NCBI GenBank assembly: GCA_964016885.1
Contig: OZ024741.1
Location: forward strand, 280,178,001 to 280,242,000
Direction of reading: 5' to 3'
From: Eledone cirrhosa
Lineage: Eukaryota
DNA length: 64,000 nucleotides
Shown here: positions 53,651-64,000 of the stretch, piece after piece
Numbering within the stretch: the stretch's first letter is position 1
Layout of the letters: every line of letters starts with the position of its first letter
Notes under the pieces: generated by a model
The model's input: only the letters and a program-made list of their open reading frames with translations
Told to the model about the DNA's origin: nothing
The model's database searches: none
Position numbers and translations under genes: made by a program

Positions 53651-53774
53651 ATAATATATATATATATATATTTAGGAAAAATGAACACACCTGCTTTTTT
53701 TCTTGAAGAACATTTTTAGTTTCTGCCCCAACTCATTCCCTTCTAGCTTTCTATTTCTTATTTACTTCCTCATT

Positions 53775-53830
53775 TTATATTCTGATGAAGGACTAGTGTC
53801 AGAAACGTTAAGACTATTCCTACTATATTA
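53775..53830 (+). ncRNA. Minimal hammerhead-ribozyme-like motif of Penelope type
   Basis: CTGATGA-AG-GAC-TAGT-GTC-A-GAAA-CGTTA (53782-53810), with a palindromic AACGTT stem III as in minimal PLE hammerheads. Confidence 0.55.
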
Positions 53831-54069
53831 AGCATGAAACTAATATATATTTCCATTGACCTTATCATTTTGTCTCCCCTCCCTCATACTTTTCACACAC
53901 ATACACATATAAGCTCTCATAACATACAAACTATATCATTCTGTTGTTTGAACCCTGTCTACAGGTGAACTAAATACCTCTCACTAGCTAAACGATAGCA
54001 CAATCTAGCAGCAGATAATGATGGAAGTAGTAGAACACTGAAAAAAATGTAGAATAAAATGAGGTAGTA

Positions 54070-54200
54070 AGGGTTGGCTGGGTGTAATGGATAGGGTAAA
54101 GAGGGTTATGGTTGGTTGGGTGGAAGGGATAGGGTAAGGAGAGTTATGGCTGCTTGGGTATAAGGGATAGGGTAAGGAGGGTTAGGGCTGGTTGGGTTTA
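54070..54200. repeat. G-rich ~38-bp minisatellite (~3.5 copies)
   Basis: GGATAGGGTAAGGAG(A/G)GTTATGGCTG(C/G)TTGGGT repeated. Confidence 0.85.
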
Positions 54201-54402
54201 AGCAAAAGAAAATGAATAACCAGCTGGAGAAAGGTAATTCTGAAGTTCATAAAAGGCTCTATTACTTATGTTTTTTTTTTGTTTTGTTTTTGTGCTTTTC
54301 TTTCACCTATTTTGCTCCTGGTTTAGGGTCCGCACCTGCACCTCTTGGTGGGGGTGTAGCAAGTGCCAACTTGAAATTATAAGGGATTTTCTAAGATACT
54401 TT

Positions 54403-54466
54403 ATGACAGCATATCTTGCTAATTATCTGATAAAGAATATTCAACTTCGGCTGTTAAGTGAGCAAG
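54403..54466 (+). CDS. Possible alternative first coding exon MTAYLANYLIKNIQLRLLSEQG (second phase-1 donor after 54538)
   Basis: ATG at 54403, donor CAAG|GTAAAC in phase 1 like the 46185 donor; lies in ORF 54268-54579. Confidence 0.25.
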
Positions 54467-55187
54467 GTAAACTTAATTTGCTTTCTGGTTTCAGAGATCA
54501 ACATTCTAGCAACCAAGCTGCACTAACTTATCTGTTAGGTAATGTTAGTTCGGAAATTATAATTCACTTCTACTCATGACTTTTACTTGATAGCTTTAAG
54601 TTTTACAGTTAGTTGTTATGCTACAGTGGTATTTTCTAAATAGCCAATTTAAACTGCTGACTACAAACTAGTTATTTAAAATCTGTGTAGTATATCATTG
54701 ACTATGTGTGGTTAAGATGTGAAATGATTGATTGATCTCGGGCCAAAATCAAACACTACAATTGTTCAGACAAAACATCGGTCAATGCAGCTACCACTTT
54801 TATTTTACAGTCAGTCAACTGGTTTATCTTAAGAACATTAAACTATCATTTGTAAAAGCTCCAACCTCTAAACCAGGTGTACTAACAAGCCTTTTAAGCA
54901 TTTAATTCTTTGCTAAAAACAGGGGTTAGCCTTGCATACTTCATATTGATTATCGGGTCTTTTATTTAGGCAATAGTTTACATCGAGCTGACCTTCCTGG
55001 CACCAACCATTTTAGCCACCTATTGCAATCAACAGGGATATGGTGTATGAATTTGTAAACCATGTGTAAAAAATATGCTTGCCCACATACCTTCAATGGT
55101 TTTTGCTGTTATTGATTTTCATAAAAAAAACATAACCTAATTGAATTTTAAATCATTGCTTTTACTAAAGTGTATAGCCATAATAAT

Positions 55188-55284
55188 TGTTTCTATTTTA
55201 GGCACAAGGTAAGCAATTACCCAGTACATTACTGGTACTATATTTTATCGACCCCGTAAGGATGAAAGGCAAAGTTAACCTCAG
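55188..55284 (-). mobile_element. Young 5'-truncated SINE with 14-bp target-site duplication
   Basis: ATAGCCATAATAAT at 55174-55187 and 55285-55298 flanks the reverse complement of the SINE core and tail. Confidence 0.9.
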
Positions 55285-55428
55285 ATAGCCATAATAATGA
55301 AGTCATTTTTGCTTCCATTTGTAGCCATTTCACATCCTTAACACTTTTCGGAAAGATACACTTAACTCCTAAGCTCATTTCTATGCCTTTATAAATTAGA
55401 TTATTATCCTACATCATTATTTCACCGA

Positions 55429-55618
55429 GGGCGGTGGATTGGCAGTATCGGTAGAGGGTCGGACGCCATGCTTTCTAGCATAGTTACGTCCCTTTACAGT
55501 CTGAGTTCAAATCCCGCCGAGGTTAACTTTGCCTTTCATCCTTACGGGGTCGATAAAATAAAGTACCAGTAATGTACTGGATATTTGCTGGCCTTGTGCC
55601 AAAAGTAGAAACAATTAT
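55429..55618 (+). mobile_element. Full-length tRNA-derived SINE, GCCTTTCATCC-core family (representative of roughly 25-30 copies, e.g. 9045, 10480, 20796, 31776, 32385, 41392, 43572, 57555, 62807, 63013)
   Basis: A box TGGCAGTATCGG, B box GAGTTCAAATCC, core GCCTTTCATCCTTACGGGGTCGATAAAATAAAGTACCAG, tail GGCCTTGTGCCAAAAGTAGAAACAATTATT; ATTATTTCA on both sides. Confidence 0.93.
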
Positions 55619-55813
55619 TTCAGTTGTAGTGAAAATTTAATTTAAGAGCTACTGCAGTGCTAGAGCTCCACTAGCCAGTAAGCAGGGTGATTTTCTGGGA
55701 CATTTTGTGGTTAAAAAAAAAAAGGGGTATTTTATAAGCTGTCAAATATAGTAATTCTCAAGGAGATTCAGCATAAGTGTGACAACACTGGCTGTTTGAG
55801 TTACAGGTGGTAC

Positions 55814-55899
55814 AGTCTACTCAATTCCACTATAAGCCATCTGTTGATCTGAGGCTAGTCTACTCAATTCCACTCTAAGCCAGCTGTCGATCTGAAGCT
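55814..55899. repeat. Tandem duplication, ~43 bp x2
   Basis: AGTCTACTCAATTCCACT(A/C)TAAGCCA(T/G)CTGT(T/C)GATCTGA(G/A)GCT occurs twice. Confidence 0.9.
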
Positions 55900-56323
55900 A
55901 TGATAAATGACATTTGCCCAAGATGCCATGCAGTGTGATTGAACCCAGGACTTAAGGATTGTGAAGTGAACTTCTTAGACATTCACCCATTCTGCATCCA
56001 CTAAGCAAGTACAGATTTACAGTAAGATTTATGGAACACCATCATTGCAATAATTTATTTAAAGAAGTAATTGTGATTTTTCTTTTAATAAGGAATTTTT
56101 ATTCTTAATCTGTGGTAGTGATGGTGCCACAATTATTCATCATGGCACCACCGCTGCCACCTGATAGTGTATACTGGGTGTTTTGTATCATGGCATCAAC
56201 ACTCACTTCAGTGTGAGCTGGGTGTATTTTATCTTGACACCAGTCCTACCACTTCAATCTGGTTGAGTACATTTTGTTATGGTACCAACACTATAAGGGA
56301 AATGGATGATAAATACAGATATA

Positions 56324-56502
56324 CAGTGAAATTCCATTATAATGAAATTCACAGGGTATAAAAAAACATTAGTTGTAGCGAAAAATTCTTTTTAACAAGA
56401 TCGACAGAAACAAATCGAGTTTTGTTTGTTATTAACAAAAAAAAATGTCATTATATTGAAAAATTCGTTTTAATGGTATTTGTTATAACGGAACTTTACC
56501 TG
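56324..56502. mobile_element. Tigger/pogo-like MITE
   Basis: TA|CAGTGAAATTCCATTATAA ... TTATAACGGAACTTTACCTG|TA. Confidence 0.75.
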
Positions 56503-59500
56503 TATATGCAGATACATTGATATGTCTGTAGATGTACCTGAATAATAGGTTGCGTTGGGGTAGGTGAAAAACAGACATTTAGTATGTAGTAGTAATAGTA
56601 GCAGTGGTTGTGGTCATCATCATCATTATGACAGTTATAGTATGTTGTGTGGTGATGATCACAATAGCTCTCACTAAAAGTAGTAAACTGCTTTCTGAAA
56701 ACGTTTTTTGTACCCAATTAGATTAATTACTTTGTATAGTAAGTAGTTAGATCTATGGCATCTTCCAGTCACTTCCCACCTCCCCATAATCTAAATTACT
56801 TGCTTAATCTTTAGCTTACTCTTAATGCCAAACCTGCATGGATTTGTTTATAAATGTGAAATGAAAGTTATCTTTTTTTTTTTTTTTTTTTTGTAAAGTA
56901 AATACCGCATATAACAACTCAGTTGATAATATAATTAGTGCAGGCAATAATTTCTAAGCTGGTGCAGATGTAAATCCCCTTACAATATATGTTTATATAT
57001 TTAGGTCAATGCTTTGAATTAGAGAATATTTTTGATGGTAGTCATTTCATCTTTTAACATTTTTCAGTTTAACCCCAAATCAGTGAACCATAGAAATCAT
57101 CATCATCACCATTTAATGTTCATTTTTCTACACTAGCATGGATTAGACGAGTTGTGCCTTGCTCATACAGAACCTGTTTCTGGCTTGGCTTCTACGGCTG
57201 GATGCCTTTCCTAATGCCAGCCACATTTACAATGTGGACTGGGTGCTTTTTATCGTGACACTGAAACAACCACTTTACTGTGTGGACTGAGTACTTTTTG
57301 TCATGTCACCAAAACTATCTCTTTACACTGTGAACAGAAGGCTGGGATGAAGTGGGGGTGTTAGGAAGGAGGGGGGTCTTAGGGTTTGGGAGGTGCATGG
57401 AAAAGGGAAAGTGGTGGGTGCATACTAGATGTATGCTTCAACCTGTGCAGATGAGACAGTAGGTTTTCTGTTTTGGAATCCAATTTTTCAATTTTATGCT
57501 CCTCTATTTTCACACACAAAATGAAATTATGGTTGCTGATATATTATCTGATATTAATTGGCAGTATCAGTAGAGAGTCGGACACCATGCTTTGCAGCAT
57601 AGAGTTAGTCCTTTATGGTCTGAGTTCAAATCCTGCCAAGGTTAACTTTGCCTTTCATCCTTACAGGGTCGATAAAATAAAGTACCAGTAATGCACTGGG
57701 TAATTGTTGGCCTTGTGCCAAAAGTAGAAACAATTATTACATTTGTCATTAGGTCCTTTGAGGCATTGCTTTATAGCCAGATGCCCCCTTCATGGTCTAG
57801 TGGATGAGTGAAGTATTGTTGAGAGAGATAGGGAGACAAACAAAAAAATAATTTGCAGAGGATGATGAGAATAGAACCAATGGTGAATATTGTGATGAGA
57901 AATGGAATGAGATGGTTGAGTCATGTGTTGAGGAAGGATGGAAAGGAATGTGAAAGGAAATAGAGGAAAGAGAGGAGAACATTGTCATGGGGTCTGTGTG
58001 GCTCACTCTTGCTTTAGCAGAGAAGGTCTTTAAAATGCTTGTTATGGAAAATAGACGTTAAATGATGATGATAGAAACTAAACTTAGGGCCAGTTTCAGG
58101 CAGTTTGGTATCAAAAGAGACTAAGGTTTGAACAATTGTGAATTTAAGTGACATTCTATTAAAAAAAATAGGTTGTCATAGAAACCATGTTCCTAGTACA
58201 TGTTCTAAAGGGGTTAGCATTGGGAAAGACATCTAACTGTAGAAACCAAGCTAAAACAAAATGTATGAGTAGGACCGACTCACCTGACTGATCAGGCCTT
58301 AGCACATGGCAGCCTATACAAACATGGAAAATAGACATTAAACAGTGATTATGATGAGCGTCTGAATAAAATCTCCAATGCGAATGAAGCCTTTGTATTC
58401 TGATGAAAGGAAATTACTTTAAAGCTGTTCTGTTAAGTCAGAACTACATGCATCTGTTAATCTCATTTTGTTCTGATGTTATGTTCATTAAATCTTAGAT
58501 CGAGTATTCTGATGAATGTGTTGTTAGAATGATTCATACATGTAGTGTATTATAATACTTTAAAATTTGAAAGAAAATGAATGCAGTATCACATAACATT
58601 TAAGTTATATTGTATTTTCTAATGAGCTTTTATACATTTCTCTTTAAAATGTTCATGTTGAAAACTCGCGATATTTACTCTAGCTTTATACAACTACATT
58701 ATCACATTGTTTTAATATTGGCAAAGTCAAACAATTCAACATCCCTGCTTCCTGATTCTTGCAGGATCTCAGTATGAAACCCAACACTCTAATATCTAAT
58801 AAGATTAGAATTTTTTTAAAAACTAACTTATGATGATGAAATCATCACAGTGTACCAGCTATTTTTTATGCTTGCATGAATTAGACAGGCCAAGTGACTA
58901 TGTCTTGCTCACACATTCCGTTTTTCACTTGTTTTCTATGGCTTAATGCCAATCATTTTACAGTGTGTACTGGGAGCATTTTTTGTATGACTCTGGCACA
59001 CAGCATAATTGTCATACTTGTTACACTGGACAGACTAATGTTGTTCATTAGGCCTACAACAGTCCTGACTGAGCAGGCCTTTAACATTGCATATCTAGGA
59101 GTACATTATCTGTGTTCCTTCCTTTTCAGAGTGTTGAGTTAGTAATTTGAGAAAGATTTGTGTATTTCTAACAGGTCAAGGAATTCTCTTTAAAATTTAT
59201 CAGTAATTAAATACAAGAGGAATTGAAATATAGACTTATGATAAGGGAAATTCTAATTTACAGAATAACACATTAAGTCTTAATTTGAAAGTACACTTCA
59301 CAAGTCTGCAAGAATTGTGTGGTTTAACCCTTTTCTAACCAAACCACCCCTGGTTTTGCAATAGAAAGTTGTTTATTTTAAAGTGTTTATATTCATCTAA
59401 AATACCTCCAAATTCATGATTATTTGAAAATTATAGGCCGTCCTTCTTCAGAAATATGGCAACAAAAGAATTTTGGAAGATCATACATATTTGCATATTG

Positions 59501-60024
59501 TATAGCCCTTATGAAACAGACCTATAATTAAGTGTTTGTTTATTCAGTGTCTCCAGGGCTACATTATCCAATGTATCCTTCCAATTTTTTAAAACAGTAT
59601 GGCATGATTTAAGAGAGATTTGACTGCTTTATTTAGCTGATCAGCCACATAATGACTCTCTTATTGGCTTGTATATTGTGTGTGGTTTGAGACCAACCTA
59701 TTTCAAATTGTTCATATTAAAAGCTTCCATCATAATTTAAAAAAAAAAAAGAAAAAAAAAAAATCAAATGATGTTTCTAATAACAGCTTCATAGTGAAAA
59801 TGTTAGCTATTTTATTGAATCTCTCCAATTCTTAAAAATTATTTGAAACATATTGCATTACAAATATGGTAACAGAATGGTTAAACATCTGAAGTGGTGC
59901 TTCAGTTATTCTCTATCAGTTTGTTTTACAAAGTTTTGAGTAGATTAAACTTTGACCTTTTAGCAGTAAAGGCTGAATATAAATAAATAAATTAGCATAG
60001 AATTATAATGGAACATAACTACCT

Positions 60025-60252
60025 GAAGGTCAGAGGAGGACTCCAAAATCTAAACATGGTAACAGATGTCTCCAGCTATTAGTTTTCACACTGTTGCTAG
60101 ATTACCTATGTACAGAAAACTTATTCAGCATCACCCACAGGCACGAGTCCTGCGAGATGGAGTGGCTGTTCCAGCGCATCTCCCTTACCGTCCCCCGGAG
60201 TAATGTATTCTCCATCCTGTCAACCTCCACCGCTTGGTCCTGGCTAAGTTAG
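60025..60252 (+). mobile_element. CRE-clade retrotransposon C-terminal restriction-like endonuclease (RLE) relic
   Basis: Frame from 60127 reads SITHRHESCEMEWLFQRISLTVPRSNVFSILST, matching ExxWLxQRISxAxQRGNAxxIL; upstream remnants EEDSK..KH and SFHTVA fit ExxKxxKY...FxPxA. Confidence 0.65.
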
Positions 60253-61152
60253 TTGGAGGTGGAGGATACTCGTTTGTTGTTGGTGTAATATACAGGTGGC
60301 AGTCAGGAACAACAGCTCAAATTTGAAACAAAAGTGTGGATAATAGAAATGTTATTTCATATAATAAAGTTATTCTTTAAGTATAACTGCCATATCTATG
60401 TAGAAATCTGTTCCTCCCTCCCATTGCAAGCTGTAAAATATTTCAGCATGTGCGTAATAAGTGTGATAGTGTACAATCTGGCCATGTTCAACAGTAACAC
60501 TAACATCATATTAATAATGAACCAGCTGGATATTTTAGATGCTAGATATGTGAATGTCCCCCAGAAGCTATGTGGTGGTTAGTAGAAAAAAGAAAATGAA
60601 AAACAAAACATGTATGATAAGGTTAGCTGTGCAATCTAAATCAACAGCAGTTGATGTTCTTTAATGAAGGTAATCCTGACAGCTTAAAGAAGACAAACCC
60701 AGCTCACAGCATGATTTAAACTAAATGAAGATGAAAAACTGGCAAGACAACATCTGTATACTGAAATAACATACCATTGTTTTCTACAATGGAATATGTC
60801 AATGGAAAAGCAGGTGCAAAGAAAATAGCAAAAATTTATTCTGTCAATCTCAGGGATATTGAAAGGTCTCATACTTGTTTGTTATTCCATATTGTAGCTG
60901 CCATAAGTTATACAGATTTACAATCTGTAAATGGTAAAAGATTTTGAAACATTTCAAAAAGCAGCAGACAAACATCATCATCATCATTTAACGTCTATTT
61001 TCCACACTTGCATGGGTTAATCATGTCGTCCCATTATTAGACAAGTTGGGTCAGGAGACTGCGTCTTGCTCATCCGAATCTGTACACAATTTACTTATTC
61101 TGAATGTATGTTAGCTTAAAGTTAACAGCTTCTATGCCAATTTCTATTTGTG

Positions 61153-61339
61153 AAAAATAGTCAAACAAGTTTTGCATAAAAGCCCCTTGAGACAGATGAA
61201 CAGCACCACCTGTGGGACTTGAACTCACTACCATTACATGGCACTATAGCTGCCCAGCATGTGGTAGATGTGAATTCAAGTCCCACAAGTGATGTTCATT
61301 TTTTTCCATCTCTAGGGGTTAAACTTGTTCAACTATTTT
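61153..61339. repeat. Imperfect foldback/MITE
   Basis: TGTGGGACTTGAACTCAC pairs with GTGAATTCAAGTCCCACA; outer AAAATAGTCAAACAAGTTT pairs with AAACTTGTTCAACTATTTT. Confidence 0.8.
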
Positions 61340-63499
61340 GTAGCAGATAATTTTAAGCAAATATACATTGAGAATTCATAATTTGCTCAACACTTCTTTA
61401 AAATAATTGTTTCTTTACAATTTACTTCATAATGATAATGACTAAATGAGATATGTCCACAAAAAAGCTGCAGATATTGATATGCCATTTCAAGAGTTCT
61501 CTTATGGAAATATGTAGAAATTCTTCAGCTTGCAGTAAACATAAGAATTACTGTCTTTCTTGAGCAATGAAGATGTAAGCAACTTTTATGGAAATTCGAT
61601 CAAGAGAAATTTGTTTTATTTAATTAGATTTTAAGTTAACTATCTTTATTTTCAAAATTAGTATTCGGTAAAAGCATTATGAAATTTAAAAAGAATTATA
61701 ATTATTTCACCTTATAACAATTACTACAATGACGAAAATACGTGTGTGTGTGTGTGTGTAAACGGAAACAACACAACACAATAAATAGATATATTAGTTT
61801 AACGCTTGATATAGTAAGAATTGAGTCTTTACGTTCTGTACATTTGTCTTTCATAAAAGAAAATAGAATGAAAAATAAAAGCAGGTGTGTATTTAGCCAA
61901 CCATTTTGGAGAATGTAAATGAGGTTGGCGTGAGGAAGGGCATCAGCTGTAGAAACCAAGCCCAAATCAGTTCTGTATGTGCAAGACAGTCACCTGATTG
62001 CCCACAACTGCGTAACTTGTCTAACCCATGCTAGCGTGGTAAAATTGACATAAAACGGTGATGATATATGTCATCATTATCACCGTTATATATAAATGAT
62101 TCAGTTCGGAACTAGCTGTTGAAACGGCAGGGGTCCCTACTCTCTCACACACACACACACACACACACATGCATACATAGTTTATTATGGCCAAGTCAGT
62201 GTCACACAAACTCAAGTGTAACAGGACACTGACTTGGCCTTAATAAACAATATGTATGTGTGTGTATGTATATATATATTCCCTCTTAAAATTTACCATG
62301 AAATTATATTGACTTGTGATGGTGGGGTGTGTGTATTGTTTGAACTGTGATGTTGGTATGTACTGTTTATCGGGAGATGAGAAAACAAAACTCCTGTGAA
62401 TATTTGTGCACTTAATACTAAAGTGAAATATATTCCTACACACCCTGACAACAAGACTTCGTACTTTTTTTTTTCTTTTCGCTAACTGGCAAATAAGTGC
62501 TGCTTTTTCATCTCTCCCCTCCCTTTCAATTGACATTTCAAGTACTATATCCTGCTTCCCTAGTGGTTGCTTTGGGGTTGTCATCTATTTTTGTTGCCAT
62601 GTGGTTTTCATAGAGTTTCTTTCACAAAATTCCTTTACCATTGCTTATATTCAACCCGTTCTTTTAAGCACGCATACATATCACCGCCGTCTCCAACTCT
62701 TTTATAAATAAAATGACTAGATAGAGATAACCTTGTACAACAAACCAATCTTTTTACATATGGCACTTCCTTCATTCATTCTCAAATGGGTTATTATTAG
62801 TGTTTGTGGCGGTGAATTGGCAGTATCGGTAGAGGGTTGGACGCCATGCTTTCTAGCAGAGTTACGTCCTTTTCCGGTCTGAGTTCAAATCCCGTCGAGG
62901 TTAACTTTGCCTCTGATCCTTACGGAGTCGATAAAATAAAGTACCAGTATTGTACTTACTGAGTAATTGCTGGCCTTGTGCCAAAAGTAGAAACAATTAT
63001 TGCAGTGTTTAAGGGCGGTAGATTGGCAATATCGGTGGAGCGTCGGACAACATGCTCTGCAGTATTTAGTTACGGCCTTTTACTTTCTGATTTCAAAACT
63101 CCGCCGAGGTTAGCTTTGCTTTTCATCCTTACGGGTCGATAAAATAAAGTACCAGTAATGTACTGAAGTCGATTTAATTGATTTTGGCCTTCTGCTTAAA
63201 TCAGAAACCATTTTTTAGTTTGAGGATAGCCTTAGAAGTTATTTATTCATTAGAGGGTGGTGGATTGCATAATTGGCTTTTCATCCTTCCAGTGTCCATA
63301 AAATATAGTACCAGTCACGTACTGAGGTCGATGTAATCGACTTTCCCCTCCCATAAATTTGCTGGTCTTGTGCATAATAATTTATAATTTAGGTACAAGA
63401 CCAGCAAATTTGACAGAAGGGCATAGTTGATTAAATCAATCCCAGTACTTATTTTTTTAGACTATATTATAGTGTAAGATTCCACACTTTAACATCCAA

Positions 63500-64000
63500 C
63501 CCGATACATTTTTTCAGCCCGCCTCCTACTTCAGTCTTTATAGGAGGCCTCCTCATTCAGTTTGTGAAACTGGTTAAGTACATCTGTGTTTAGCAACGAA
63601 AAGAGGAAACACCTTTGTACAAAATAAGACTAAAGCCGTTTTAGAAAAGTAGTATGAACGAGAAGGAAGGAGGGATGGGAAGAGAAATGGGTTAGGCGGA
63701 CGAGGCGGGCGGGTGAGTAAGAGAATTAAAAAAGTAAAGAAACAAAAAAAATAAAAAAGGCAAGCAAGTAGACTTTCACAGTGGCTGTGTTCTCAAACAC
63801 CATTAATACTCACTAGATTAAAACTGGAGTGATGGTGGTGGCTGGTTGGCGGCGAAGTTAGAGGTGGCACAAGTCCATGCTGTATTTACTTACTGGCTTG
63901 GCTTCCAGACTAGCAGGCTGTATTTATTGCAATCATTTGACTAAACTGACTGAGGTGTGTCATGCTGGGTCACTTGATTAACATGAGAAGTCTTGCTATG
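63500..64000. promoter_or_regulatory. CpG/GC-box-rich candidate further promoter or enhancer
   Basis: AGGCGGACGAGGCGGGCGGG at ~63695-63713, followed by a GTGAGT donor-like site; neighbouring SINEs retain CpG. Confidence 0.4.

Noticed and set aside
54170-54190. Telomeric TTAGGG seed
   Set aside because: A single occurrence inside a G-rich minisatellite; no array
55429-55520. tRNA genes at A/B-box sites
   Set aside because: No complete cloverleaf; each continues into the SINE core and tail
60116-60246. Ser/Pro-rich terminal exon (KTYSASPTGTSPARW...)
   Set aside because: Weak acceptor, phase 0 does not follow the phase-1 donor at 46185, and another frame matches a retrotransposon motif

Overview
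AT-rich, repeat-dense animal genomic DNA with no intact long ORF; most ORF-track entries are microsatellite or repeat noise. The repeat complement (abundant tRNA-derived SINEs of three architectures, RTE LINE relics, long (TA)n/(GA)n runs) looks cephalopod, most likely Octopus; this is an inference. The window appears to hold the 5' part of a large plus-strand gene I cannot name: a CpG-retaining promoter-like zone (~14-29 kb) with candidate non-coding first exons, two phase-compatible coding exons at 44326-44400 and 46101-46185, a possible alternative first exon at 54403, and long CpG-depleted intron-like DNA. Mobile elements include an internally deleted mariner, two CRE-clade (RLE-type) retrotransposon relics, RTE LINEs with a PHD-like insert, Penelope-type hammerhead/pseudo-LTR relics, and piggyBac-, Tigger- and hAT-like MITEs. 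The most unusual signals are many near-perfect local palindromes and inverted duplications, hammerhead-ribozyme cores (one inside a 49-bp perfect inverted repeat), and a methylation map readable from CpG decay in SINE copies. All coordinates were read by eye, so repeat ends are approximate. No new multi-gene system is demonstrable from sequence alone.
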